From an uncultured Pseudomonadales bacterium (lineage in GTDB: Bacteria > Pseudomonadota > Alphaproteobacteria > UBA2136 > UBA6156), in NCBI GenBank assembly GCA_964601735.1, contig CAZROO010000006.1:1198-65197 (forward strand): DNA of 64,000 nt. Reading direction: 5' to 3'. The stretch's first letter is position 1. Each line of letters begins with the position of its first letter. Both the position numbers and the translations under genes were made by a program. The notes beneath the pieces are model-generated. The model saw only the letters and a program-made list of their open reading frames with translations, had not been told where the DNA came from and made no database searches. Of this stretch, positions 28,070 to 35,783 are shown piece after piece.

Positions 28070-28269
28070 CGCCCACCCCGCGTTGGCCCGGCGCTACAAG
28101 GTGTGAAAAAAATCCATTCCAATCGCCGGGACAATGACGGGCTTATGGTTAGCCCCCCGGTGTTGCCCAGCAGCCAGGCCACCCCAAGCATAACCCCGTC
28201 ATTGGCATTGCGTTCGACAACTGTTTTCTTTCCCGCAACCTGCCGCAAAGCCAACGCGGGGCAAGCGGT
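28070..28269. repeat. Composite palindromic element (degenerate, expanded copy)
   Basis: CCGCCCACCCCGCGTtggcccggcg...cgccgggacaatgaCGGGCTTATGG ... ATAACCCCGTCATTggcattgcg...cgcaaagccaACGCGGGGCAAGCGG. Same end sequences as 14372 and 32164, with larger loops. Starts 9 nt after the accC stop. Confidence 0.6.
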
Positions 28270-28347
28270 GATATTTCAACCGACTGAACTTCTTTCATCA
28301 ACCATTCGTTGACCACTTATTAAGCACCCCCTACAGTGCTACCACCC

Positions 28348-28884
28348 ATGATGAAGATTCTCTACACAGCTGATGTGATTGCCTCGCGCGTGGCCGACCT
28401 CGCGGCCACCCTCAACAAGGCGCTGGGCGGGCATAAAATCGTCCATACCGTCGTTACCATGAACGGCGGTTTTTGTTTTGCGGCAGACCTCTGCCGCCAG
28501 ATGACGGTGCCGCAGGTCATGCATTTCACCGGCGGCAGCTACTTTTCCAACAACGTCAAACACGAGATGAAGCTGAACCCCGAAACCCTGCCCACCACGT
28601 TTGGCGGCGCGCCGGTGCTCATCATCGAAGACATCCTCGATTCCGGCGAAGGCCTGCGCCAGCTCAAAAACGAAATCGCCGCCCGGCAGGCCGGGCCCAT
28701 CACCGTGGTCACCATGTTCAAGCGTGTCGGCGGCGGCGCCGAGTGCGACCACTCCGCCTTTTCGCTGCCGCGCGAGCTGTTCGTGGTCGGCTACGGACTG
28801 GACATGGATGGCCGCTTCCGCGAATTGAAAGACATCTACACTTTCGATACCACCGTGATGACCGGGCAGACGGGTGTCTGTTAG
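28348..28884 (+). CDS. hpt: Hypoxanthine(-guanine) phosphoribosyltransferase
   Basis: PRPP-binding motif VLIIEDILDSGEGL and C-terminal FVVGYGLDMDGRFRELKDIY. Confidence 0.85.
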   Translation: MMKILYTADVIASRVADLAATLNKALGGHKIVHTVVTMNGGFCFAADLCRQMTVPQVMHFTGGSYFSNNVKHEMKLNPETLPTTFGGAPVLIIEDILDSGEGLRQLKNEIAARQAGPITVVTMFKRVGGGAECDHSAFSLPRELFVVGYGLDMDGRFRELKDIYTFDTTVMTGQTGVC

Positions 28885-28909
28885 GCAGGCGTTAGGTTCC
28901 AGGTTTTAG

Positions 28910-28932
28910 AAAGGCCCCTAATCGGGGCCTTT
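28910..28932. terminator. Bidirectional terminator between hpt (+) and the Nudix gene (-)
   Basis: aaaGGCCCCtaatcGGGGCCttt, preceded by a short AGG-periodic tract at 28884..28909. Confidence 0.7.
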
Positions 28933-28939
28933 ACCTTAC

Positions 28940-29374
28940 TTAAATCACCTTCAATTTCCGGGCCCAGGCAATCACCTCGGCCACCACCGCGTTCATTTCG
29001 GGGAAAATGAATTCCTTCTTCACAGCCTCGTCCGGCGTCACCCACTCGTAACCTTCGTGGTCTTCGTGCGCGGGCAGGTTCACCTCCGGCACGCCGGGCA
29101 CGCTAGCAATATAAGCCACCGAATATTTCACCGGCTCCATCGCACCCCAGCGGCTGGTGCTGCACGGCACAATCAGCTCCACATCGGTGAGGCCGGTCTC
29201 TTCCTCAATCTCGCGCAGCAAGCCCTTGCCGGGCTGGTCGTCCAGTTCCATGCGGCCACCGGGCAAATGGCTTTTGCCCTTGTGGCCTTCCATGCCATGC
29301 ACCAGCAATAAAATACGGCCCTCGCCATTAAAAATGATGGCGTGCTCGCTCACCTGGCCGATGTAAAACGCCAC
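28940..29374 (-). CDS. Nudix hydrolase
   Basis: Nudix box GGRMELDDQPGKGLLREIEEETGL (GX5EX7REUXEEXGU). Confidence 0.85.
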   Translation of the reverse strand: MAFYIGQVSEHAIIFNGEGRILLLVHGMEGHKGKSHLPGGRMELDDQPGKGLLREIEEETGLTDVELIVPCSTSRWGAMEPVKYSVAYIASVPGVPEVNLPAHEDHEGYEWVTPDEAVKKEFIFPEMNAVVAEVIAWARKLKVI

Positions 29375-29375
29375 G

Positions 29376-30182
29376 CTACTGCCCGGCAGGAATATCCATC
29401 ATACGCTGCAACTGCTGCTCGTCGTTCTGGGAGGGCGGTTGGGGTTGCGGTTCGGGCTGCACCACAGGCTCGGGCTCCGGCTGTTCCGCCGCAGGCACAG
29501 GCAGTTGCGGCACGCCATCGGGGGCCGGTTGCGGCGGCGCGGCAGGCTGGGCAGGCACGGGCGCTTCCGGCGCCGGGCTGCTGCCGGCGTTGGGAATCCC
29601 CGGCACCACAAATTCGCTATTCACGCCCGGGTTGCCGCCAGACGGAGCTTCGTCATCACCGCCCTCCCTTTCGGGGCCCGACGGCGTGGGCGGCGCCACG
29701 CGCGCGGGCGCGGGCGGTGTGTACCCGGCGGGGCGCACGCATTTTTCCAGCGCCACGTCGTAGCGCGGGTGATCGTAGGTTGAAACGCTCGGGAACGTAT
29801 TGAACATCCAGCCGTGGAACTCCGGCTCGCCGGAGCCTGCGGTCACGTCCAGCCACGCGGTATCCTGGACCTGCACGCCGCCGATGCCCCAGGCGCACTT
29901 GCTCAGGGTCAGGGTCAGCCCCGCCCAGCGCAGGCTCTTGCCGGCTTCCAGGTTAACGGTGTCCGCGCGGTTGGTTTGCTTGTCCAGCAGGCGCACCGTC
30001 GCGGTTTTGCTGTATTGAACCGTACTCGCATCCATCGGCGCGGTGCCACTGGCGGGCACGGTAGGACTGCTTATTTTGGCCTGGCCGCCGACAATCGGCA
30101 TTTGCGCCAGGTCCGCCGTATACGAAATACTGGCGCAGCAAACCCCGGCAACAACGGCCGGTACAAGGGTACGGTTTTTCAT
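29376..30182 (-). CDS. DUF2155 domain protein with long Pro-rich C-terminal extension
   Basis: Signal peptide. VRLLDKQTNRADTV...GLTLTLSKC...FHGWMFNTFPSVSTYDHPRYDVALEKC matches my memory of the DUF2155 signature (GWMF...EHPxYDV..C). Tail rich in P/A/Q/E. Confidence 0.7.
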   Translation of the reverse strand: MKNRTLVPAVVAGVCCASISYTADLAQMPIVGGQAKISSPTVPASGTAPMDASTVQYSKTATVRLLDKQTNRADTVNLEAGKSLRWAGLTLTLSKCAWGIGGVQVQDTAWLDVTAGSGEPEFHGWMFNTFPSVSTYDHPRYDVALEKCVRPAGYTPPAPARVAPPTPSGPEREGGDDEAPSGGNPGVNSEFVVPGIPNAGSSPAPEAPVPAQPAAPPQPAPDGVPQLPVPAAEQPEPEPVVQPEPQPQPPSQNDEQQLQRMMDIPAGQ

Positions 30183-30187
30183 GGGGG

Positions 30188-30634
30188 TTATTCCGCGTCG
30201 GCCAGCAGGTTGCGGATGGCGGTCAATTCGTCCACCACCTGGCGCGGGGTAAGATGGCGCTGCACGGCCTCCTTCACCTCGCCCTTGCGGGTTTTGGCAA
30301 AATACTGCTGCACGCCGCGAATGGTATAGCCCTGGTTATGCAGCAGATCGCGGATCAATTTGAGCATGGCCACATCTTCCGGGCGGTACATGCGGCGACC
30401 GGCCTGCAACTTCAGCGGTTTGAGCGCGGGGAACTTACTTTCCCAGAAGCGCAGCACATGGGTCGGCAGCTTCAATTCGGCGGCCACGTCGGCAATGCCG
30501 CGATAGGCGCCGTTGCTGCGCGGCGCGCGTTCCTTGGGGTCGCGCCTGGTGCGTTGGGATTCCTGACGTTCGCGGCGCTGGGCCAGCATGGCCTTGGCCG
30601 CGGATGAACCAAACAGGTCCGGCAGAATGGGCAT
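30188..30634 (-). CDS. MerR-family transcriptional regulator
   Basis: [25 protein letters not shown]...[20 protein letters not shown]. Lies downstream of ihfA, as in many alphaproteobacteria. Confidence 0.85.
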   Translation of the reverse strand: MPILPDLFGSSAAKAMLAQRRERQESQRTRRDPKERAPRSNGAYRGIADVAAELKLPTHVLRFWESKFPALKPLKLQAGRRMYRPEDVAMLKLIRDLLHNQGYTIRGVQQYFAKTRKGEVKEAVQRHLTPRQVVDELTAIRNLLADAE

Positions 30635-30653
30635 GGCGACGCCTCTCTATTTT

Positions 30654-30950
30654 TTACTTTTTGGCGTTGAGACGGTCTTTGAGAATATTGCTGGCGCGAA
30701 ACACCAGAACCTTGCGCGGGGTAATGGGCACGGCCACGCCGGTTTTGGGGTTACGGCCCATGCGCTGCTTTTTGCTGCGAACCGAGAAATGACCGAAGGT
30801 GGCGAGCTTCACGGTTTCCCCCTTGGCCAGCGCGGCGCACAGTTGCTCCACCACGTCATCGACCAGGTCGGCGGCCTCGCGGCGGGTCAGGCCCACTTCA
30901 TGATACACCGCCTCGGCCAAATCCATCCGGGTTACGGTCTTTTCTGCCAT
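30654..30950 (-). CDS. ihfA: Integration host factor subunit alpha
   Basis: 98 aa: TVTRMDLAEAVYHEVGLTRREAADLVD...FGHFSVRSKKQRMGRNPKTGVAVPITPRKVLVFRAS. Confidence 0.9.
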   Translation of the reverse strand: MAEKTVTRMDLAEAVYHEVGLTRREAADLVDDVVEQLCAALAKGETVKLATFGHFSVRSKKQRMGRNPKTGVAVPITPRKVLVFRASNILKDRLNAKK

Positions 30951-31160
30951 GACAAAACTCCCCTCAACATTTTAATTACTCGAAAATATTCTGAGCGCCA
31001 GGCTCTTTTTCGTAAGGCCGTCGATGCGCTTATGGGCCGCACCCTAAAGCGCGGTACCCCACGCGTCAAGCGCCATAAAACAGCTTTATCAATATTTTAT
31101 AGCCTGTTGTTCGGGCGAGGAAAGTTGAAAAAAGCCTTGCATAAAACCATAAGTTGCAAC

Positions 31161-32123
31161 CTACCAGCGAATCAGGGCGTTGCCCCACACGAACCCGGCA
31201 CCAAACGCCTGCAACAGCAATATGTTGCCCCGATTGAACTTACGATTTTTCACCGCCCGGTCGAGGGCCAGCGGAATGCTCGCGCCACTGGTGTTGGCGT
31301 GCTCGCCCACGGTGGCAATCACCTTCTCAAACGGAATGTTCAAGGCCTCGGCCGCGCTTTTCAAAATCCGCAGGTTGGCCTGGTGCGGCACCACCCAGTC
31401 CACATCGGCAAGCGCTAAACCATTCTGTTTCAGCAGCGCCGATTCGCGCCCCATCTCGCGTACCGCATGCTTGAATACCTCGCGCCCGTTCATCTGTACC
31501 TTGCCGCCAACCGTGCATAACTGCGCTCCCTGCGCGCCGTCGGCACCCAATTCCCAGCCGAGCAGGCCGCGAGGTTCGGCTTCGGCACCATTTTCAATTT
31601 TGGCCTTATTCATCACCACGGCCCCGGCCCCGTCACCAAACAAAATACAGGTGCGGCGGTCGGCCCAATCCAGCGTGGTGCTCATGGCCTCGGCGCCAAT
31701 CACAAGCGCGTGGGTGTGGGCGGACGTTTCCAGCAACCCCCTCGCCACAGCCAGCGCCGAAACAAACCCGCCGCAAGCCGCGTTCACATCCAAGGCGACA
31801 ACATTCTGCGGCAAGCCCAACGCACCCTGCACCTGCGCCGCCACGCTGGGGAAGTTCTTATCCGGCGTGCAGGTGGCCACCACCACAATGCCAATTTCTT
31901 CCGGCTTCAGCCCGGCGTTCTTCACCGCCTCGCGCGCGGCGCCAATCGCCAGGGTGCTGGTCGTCTCGTCACCACTTATAAGGTAGCGTTGGGTAATACC
32001 GGTCATCTGCACAATCCACTCATTATTGGAGTCGAGGTTGTGCCGTTGAATCAATTCATCATTGCTCACGCACTGCGCGGGCAGCGCGCTGCCGGTGGAA
32101 AGGATGGGATACTGCCAATTCAT
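31161..32123 (-). CDS. fabH: 3-oxoacyl-ACP synthase III
   Basis: 320 aa. Active-site Cys context DVNAACGGFVSAL, HQAN, and GNTSGASIPLAL (Asn). Confidence 0.95.
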   Translation of the reverse strand: MNWQYPILSTGSALPAQCVSNDELIQRHNLDSNNEWIVQMTGITQRYLISGDETTSTLAIGAAREAVKNAGLKPEEIGIVVVATCTPDKNFPSVAAQVQGALGLPQNVVALDVNAACGGFVSALAVARGLLETSAHTHALVIGAEAMSTTLDWADRRTCILFGDGAGAVVMNKAKIENGAEAEPRGLLGWELGADGAQGAQLCTVGGKVQMNGREVFKHAVREMGRESALLKQNGLALADVDWVVPHQANLRILKSAAEALNIPFEKVIATVGEHANTSGASIPLALDRAVKNRKFNRGNILLLQAFGAGFVWGNALIRW

Positions 32124-32163
32124 ACATTCTTCCTAGCATATGCAGCCAAGCTTACAAACACCT

Positions 32164-32294
32164 CCGCCTGCCCCGCGTGGCCGCGCCCTTTTCGGCGCGG
32201 GCATGACGGGGCTATGGATTCAGGCGGCACGATGCCGAATCCGTAGCCCCGTCATTCGGTTTGCAAAGAAGCAAACCAAACGCGGGGCCAGCGG
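32164..32294. repeat. Composite palindromic element (best-preserved copy)
   Basis: CCGCCTGCCCCGCGTggccgcgcccttttcggcgcgggCATGACGGGGCTATGG attcaggcggcacgatgccgaat CCGTAGCCCCGTCATTcggtttgcaaagaagcaaaccaAACGCGGGGCCAGCGG. Outer, inner and spacer parts are all palindromic. Confidence 0.75.
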
Positions 32295-32300
32295 GATAAT

Positions 32301-32326
32301 AAAAAGCCCCGCATCGGCGGGGCTTT
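32301..32326 (-). terminator. Rho-independent terminator of rpmF
   Basis: Minus strand AAAGCCCCGCcgatGCGGGGCTTTTT. Confidence 0.8.
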
Positions 32327-32339
32327 GAATTTTTGCCAA

Positions 32340-32570
32340 TTACTCGGCGGCGGCTTCAGCCGGGGCCTCGGCAGGCTTTTTGACCTTGGCGGCCTTCACC
32401 AGCTTGTCGCCGTAGTACATGCTGCCATCGGCTTCGCGGCTCAGGTGGTGGCGGCGGGCCAGCGTACCGGTTTGCTGGTTTTCGCTGTAGGTGCCGGCGG
32501 TGGCGCGGGCATGGCGCTGCTGGCGCATCCCTTTGCGGCTGGGGCTGACTTTTTTCTTCGGCGCGGCCAT
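32340..32570 (-). CDS. rpmF: 50S ribosomal protein L32 (with Ala/Lys/Glu-rich C-terminal extension)
   Basis: MAAPKKKVSPSRKGMRQQRHA... is a typical L32 N-terminus. Confidence 0.9.
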   Translation of the reverse strand: MAAPKKKVSPSRKGMRQQRHARATAGTYSENQQTGTLARRHHLSREADGSMYYGDKLVKAAKVKKPAEAPAEAAAE

Positions 32571-32637
32571 AATTCGTGACTTTCCTTAAATCTGGGCGGC
32601 TTTTAGCCTAAACGTCTCCCTCATGCAAGTGTTTTTA

Positions 32638-32723
32638 GGGACTTGGGACTGGGGACTGGGGAAGAAGCCTCAAAGGCCCTTTTTCCCCTCACCCAGTCCC
32701 GAGTCCCTAGACCCCGGTCCCTA
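32638..32723. repeat. Heptad-array inverted pair in the rpmF/bamE divergent promoter region
   Basis: gggactt gggactg gggactg gggaaga ... cccctca cccagtc ccgagtc cctagac cccggtc cc. Confidence 0.6.
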
Positions 32724-32742
32724 CCCGCGCTACAGTCGGCCC

Positions 32743-33162
32743 ATGAAAAACAAAATCCTGCCCTTCATTGCTTTATTTTCAACAGCTTGCGCCTCGATTG
32801 TCGATACCCACGGCAGCATCATCGACCAGTCCCAGCTGGATCAAATCAAGCCGCATGAAACCACGCAGGACCAAGTGCGCCAGCTGCTGGGCAGCCCGGC
32901 CACCGAGGGCACGCTCAACGACAAGCGCTGGATTTACCTGACCAGCACTATAGCCGACAAGCCGCTCGACCCGGGCATCCTCAAAAAGCGCCAGGTCATC
33001 GTCATCGATTTTGACCCCTCCGGCACGGTGGCGGCGGTCACCCAAAAAACCGAAGCCGACAGCAAAACCGTCGAGCCGGTCCAAAAAGTGACGCCCACCC
33101 ACGGCCAGCAACTGGGCATCATCGACCAGATGTTCAAGAATATCGGGGTCGATAAAGACTAA
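32743..33162 (+). CDS. bamE: Outer-membrane protein assembly factor BamE (SmpA/OmlA lipoprotein)
   Basis: Start re-picked at MKNKILPFIALFSTAC (lipobox). HGSIIDQSQLDQIKPHETTQDQVRQLLGSP is the typical BamE core. Confidence 0.8.
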   Translation: MKNKILPFIALFSTACASIVDTHGSIIDQSQLDQIKPHETTQDQVRQLLGSPATEGTLNDKRWIYLTSTIADKPLDPGILKKRQVIVIDFDPSGTVAAVTQKTEADSKTVEPVQKVTPTHGQQLGIIDQMFKNIGVDKD

Positions 33163-33248
33163 AGGCAACAGGTGACAGGTATCAGGAAACAGGGAAAAAC
33201 AGTGCGACCCACCTCCTGTCCCCTGTTCCCTGTTCCCCGTCCCCTGCC
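33163..33248. repeat. Heptad-array hairpin after the bamE stop
   Basis: aggcaac aggtgac aggtatc aggaaac agggaaa -loop- cctcctgt cccctgtt ccctgtt ccccgtc ccctgcc. Confidence 0.65.
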
Positions 33249-33264
33249 ACCCCAGCGCGGCGCC

Positions 33265-33834
33265 ATGTTCGGGCTCGACGCCCGCATCGCGCTGGCCATC
33301 TTCGCCATTTTGGCGGTGGTGGCGGGCTACCTGGCCTTCGGGCGGGTCGCCATCGCCCGCCAGGCGGCCTTAATGAGCGAGCTCGACGCCATTCACCAGG
33401 CGCTCGATGCCTATCAAACCGACATGGGCACCTTCTTCCTGTTCACCCTTAATAAAAGCACCGACGACCAGGACAGCTCCACCGACATCACCGCGCTGTG
33501 GAACGTCGACATGGTCAAGCCGAGCTTCCGCCGCCTGTGGCAGGGGCCCTACCTGCACCGCACCAGCCGCGACATCCGCGGCTACGGCAAGCTCAGCGCC
33601 TTTTACGCCACCGGCGACCGCAAGGATTACTGCAGCGTCCACTCCGACTGCTACGTCTGGCTGTCGGTCAGCAGCGTGCCCGCCGCCACCTGGAAAAGCG
33701 TCAACCGCGCCATCGACGAAGGCAACGGCGCCTCGCCCGAAACCGCCGGGCAGGACATCTCCAGCGGCCGCATCCAGTCCGAGGCCGATACCGACCCCCG
33801 GCCCTTGTACTACCGGACAGTGCAGCGACATTAG
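33265..33834 (+). CDS. GspG-like pseudopilin/pilin-fold protein with atypical N-terminus (paralog 1)
   Basis: Start re-picked at MFGLDARIALAIFAILAVVAGYLAF (hydrophobic alpha1-N helix). ARQAALMSELDAIHQALDAYQTDMGTF resembles the GspG ...DI.AL..AL..Y..D.G.YP helix. RRLWQGPYL resembles the GspG W.GPYL region. Confidence 0.5.
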   Translation: MFGLDARIALAIFAILAVVAGYLAFGRVAIARQAALMSELDAIHQALDAYQTDMGTFFLFTLNKSTDDQDSSTDITALWNVDMVKPSFRRLWQGPYLHRTSRDIRGYGKLSAFYATGDRKDYCSVHSDCYVWLSVSSVPAATWKSVNRAIDEGNGASPETAGQDISSGRIQSEADTDPRPLYYRTVQRH

Positions 33835-33840
33835 ACATAA

Positions 33841-33920
33841 GGTTTCAGGTGTCAGGTGTTAGGTGTTAGGGTTTAACCGATGAGTTCCCTAAAACCTAAA
33901 ACCTATCACCTAACACCTCA
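33841..33920. repeat. Heptad-array hairpin between the two pseudopilin paralogs
   Basis: ggtttc aggtgtc aggtgtt aggtgtt agggttt -loop- ccctaaa acctaaa acctatc acctaac acctca. Roughly 80 percent complementary by eye. Confidence 0.7.
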
Positions 33921-33930
33921 AGCAGGTGCA

Positions 33931-34503
33931 ATGTTCGGCCTCGACGCCCGCATCGCGCTGGCCATTTTCGCGGTGCTGTCGGTGGTAGCCGGCACCGTGG
34001 TGGTAATGGGCATGGACACCAGCCGCGCCCAGGCCCTGGCGCAGGAACTGTCCGAAACCGGCAAGGCAGTGGAAAGCCTGTGCTATGATATCCGCGCCGA
34101 CCTCTACCCCAGCCTGATGCAGCCCAGCCCCAAAAACGCCTTCACCGCGCTGTTCGACAAAAGCGTGCTGCGCGAAACCGACAACGGCGGCCTGCGCGGC
34201 CGCTGGCTGGGGCCCTACGTGCATGCCACCAGCACCCACAGCCGTTACGGCGAAATGATGATCGAGGCCCGCAAGGCCACCCATGCCGAGGCGTGCGAGC
34301 AAGGCCAGCCCTGCTTTTTATGGATAACCTACGCCACGGTCAAAAAGGGTATCGCCCAGGGCGTCAACAGCATCATCGACGGCGAGCATGAAACCGACCC
34401 GGAAAAGACCGGCCGGGTGCAGTGGGTAGACAGCGGCGAGAGCACGGTCACGCTCAGCTACCAGGCCGCCAAGACGTTGAGCTATACCGGCGATAGTAAT
34501 TAG
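33931..34503 (+). CDS. GspG-like pseudopilin/pilin-fold protein with atypical N-terminus (paralog 2)
   Basis: MFGLDARIALAIFAVLSVVAGTVVVMG. The first 42 nt are nearly identical to paralog 1 and the rest is diverged. AQALAQELSETGKAVESLCYDI helix and GRWLGPYVH motif. Confidence 0.5.
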   Translation: MFGLDARIALAIFAVLSVVAGTVVVMGMDTSRAQALAQELSETGKAVESLCYDIRADLYPSLMQPSPKNAFTALFDKSVLRETDNGGLRGRWLGPYVHATSTHSRYGEMMIEARKATHAEACEQGQPCFLWITYATVKKGIAQGVNSIIDGEHETDPEKTGRVQWVDSGESTVTLSYQAAKTLSYTGDSN

Positions 34504-34536
34504 TTTCCAGTAATCAGTTACCAGTCAGCAGTAAAG

Positions 34537-34724
34537 CTCCTATCCCCGGAAAAAATCGCGCCTCATCCTTAAAAAATAAAATCATCACTTCACCGCGATT
34601 TTATCCGGGGCCTTGTCAAAACGGTAACGTGGCCTGGCCCGAAACAAGGCCCCGCATAAGCCCGCCGATAGAAAACCACGCCTAACCTGAAAAACTGTAG
34701 CGGCGCGCTTTGCGGGGATAGAAG
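34537..34724. other. Highly structured convergent intergenic region (three nested inverted repeats)
   Basis: IR1 CCCCGGAAAAAATCGCG (34544) / CGCGATTTTATCCGGGG (34594). IR2 GGGGCCTTGT (34607) / ACAAGGCCCC (34644). IR3 CTATCCCCG (34540) / CGGGGATAG (34713). Confidence 0.5.
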
Positions 34725-35210
34725 CTAAAACGCCTCGCCCCGCACGGCGCGGGCAATTTTATCCAAGGTAGCGTTAACGAAAGCTACCTCTTCCGGACTG
34801 GCGGCAAACCCCTTGGCGATGTTCACAAACTCGTTGATGACCACCGGCGGATTCACATCGGCGCGGGCAAACAGCTCGGCGGTGGCGGCCCACAGCAGGG
34901 CGTAGTGCACGGCATCCAGCCGCTCGGCGGGCCAGTCGGCCAGCAGGTTGGCGCGAATCAGCGCGTCGTGGCGCTCCGCCCCGCGTTCGGCCTCGGCGGT
35001 AATCGCCTCAAACAGCTTCTTGTCGGCCTTGCGGCGCTTAATCCGGCTGACACCAAATTCCTTGGCCACCTCGGCCACGCCCTGGCCGCGCGCCTTGGCC
35101 TGGAACAGTGCCTGTACCGCGCAAATCCGCGCCTCGGTACGGCTATCCTTCACCAGCGGCGCATTTTCGGCGGGGAACGCGTCTTCCCCCATCTCCCAAG
35201 CTTTAACCAA
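34725..35210 (-). CDS. nusB: Transcription antitermination factor NusB
   Basis: RTEARICAVQALFQ...; ...DRIARVDLNILRLAV-type core seen as LDAVHYALLWAATAEL; ...FVNATLDKIAR. Confidence 0.9.
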   Translation of the reverse strand: MVKAWEMGEDAFPAENAPLVKDSRTEARICAVQALFQAKARGQGVAEVAKEFGVSRIKRRKADKKLFEAITAEAERGAERHDALIRANLLADWPAERLDAVHYALLWAATAELFARADVNPPVVINEFVNIAKGFAASPEEVAFVNATLDKIARAVRGEAF

Positions 35211-35222
35211 CTAAAAAACTCC

Positions 35223-35678
35223 TTACTTACCGCTGTCCTTTTTCAGCACCACCGCCATAAAGTCTTCGGGGTGCTGGAAATCGTGGTAAACCGACGCATA
35301 GCGCACATAAGCCACCGAATCCAGTTCTTTCAAGGCCATCAGCACGGTTTCACCCAACTCCTGGCTGCCGATTTCACTCTTGCCGCTCTCGGTCAGGTGC
35401 TGCTCGATGTCGCTCACCAGCTTCTCAATCTGGGCCATTTGCACCGGGCGCTTGCGCACCGCCACGCTAATACCGCGCAGCAGTTTCTCGCGGTCGAACA
35501 GCTCGCGCAGCCCGCTGCGCTTGACCACGATAATCTGCTGCACATGGAAGCGCTCAAAGGTGGTAAAGCGCCGCCCGCACTCGGGGCACTCACGCCGACG
35601 CCGAATCGTCCGCCCGTCATCCGCCGGGCGGCTGTCTTTCACGATCGTGTCGTCAAAATTGCAGAAGGGGCACTTCAT
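35223..35678 (-). CDS. nrdR: Transcriptional repressor NrdR
   Basis: MKCPFCNFDDTIVKDSR...RRRECPECGRRFTTFE zinc ribbon plus ATP-cone. Confidence 0.95.
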   Translation of the reverse strand: MKCPFCNFDDTIVKDSRPADDGRTIRRRRECPECGRRFTTFERFHVQQIIVVKRSGLRELFDREKLLRGISVAVRKRPVQMAQIEKLVSDIEQHLTESGKSEIGSQELGETVLMALKELDSVAYVRYASVYHDFQHPEDFMAVVLKKDSGK

Positions 35679-35714
35679 GCCCCCTTTCTACTATATCCTG
35701 TGGATAAGTCCAAG

Positions 35715-35783
35715 CAGGTAACCAGTAATCGGTCATCGGTTATCGGTTTTATGTCCGATAACCGGTAACCGATAACGGATTAC
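35715..35783. repeat. Heptad-array hairpin between glyA stop and nrdR start
   Basis: aggtaac cagtaat cggtcat cggttat cgg -ttttatgtc- cgataac cggtaac cgataac ggattac. The loop-proximal 18 nt pair with 2 mismatches. Confidence 0.7.

Noticed and set aside
33172-33264. ORF-track N-terminal extensions of the two pseudopilin genes (33172..33264 and 33880..33930), which could have been read as long prepilin leader peptides ending in G-A.
   Set aside because: The extensions are encoded entirely by the heptad hairpin arms (Pro/Leu/Thr/Lys-rich peptides). Similarity between the paralogs starts essentially at the ATG. I kept the leader possibility only as a caveat in the finding.
35699-35707. Perfect DnaA-box 9-mer (TTATCCACA on the minus strand) about 20 nt upstream of nrdR.
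   Set aside because: A single perfect 9-mer is expected by chance about 0.5 times in 64 kb on two strands. There is no cluster of boxes and no AT-rich unwinding element, so I do not consider it evidence for DnaA regulation or an origin.
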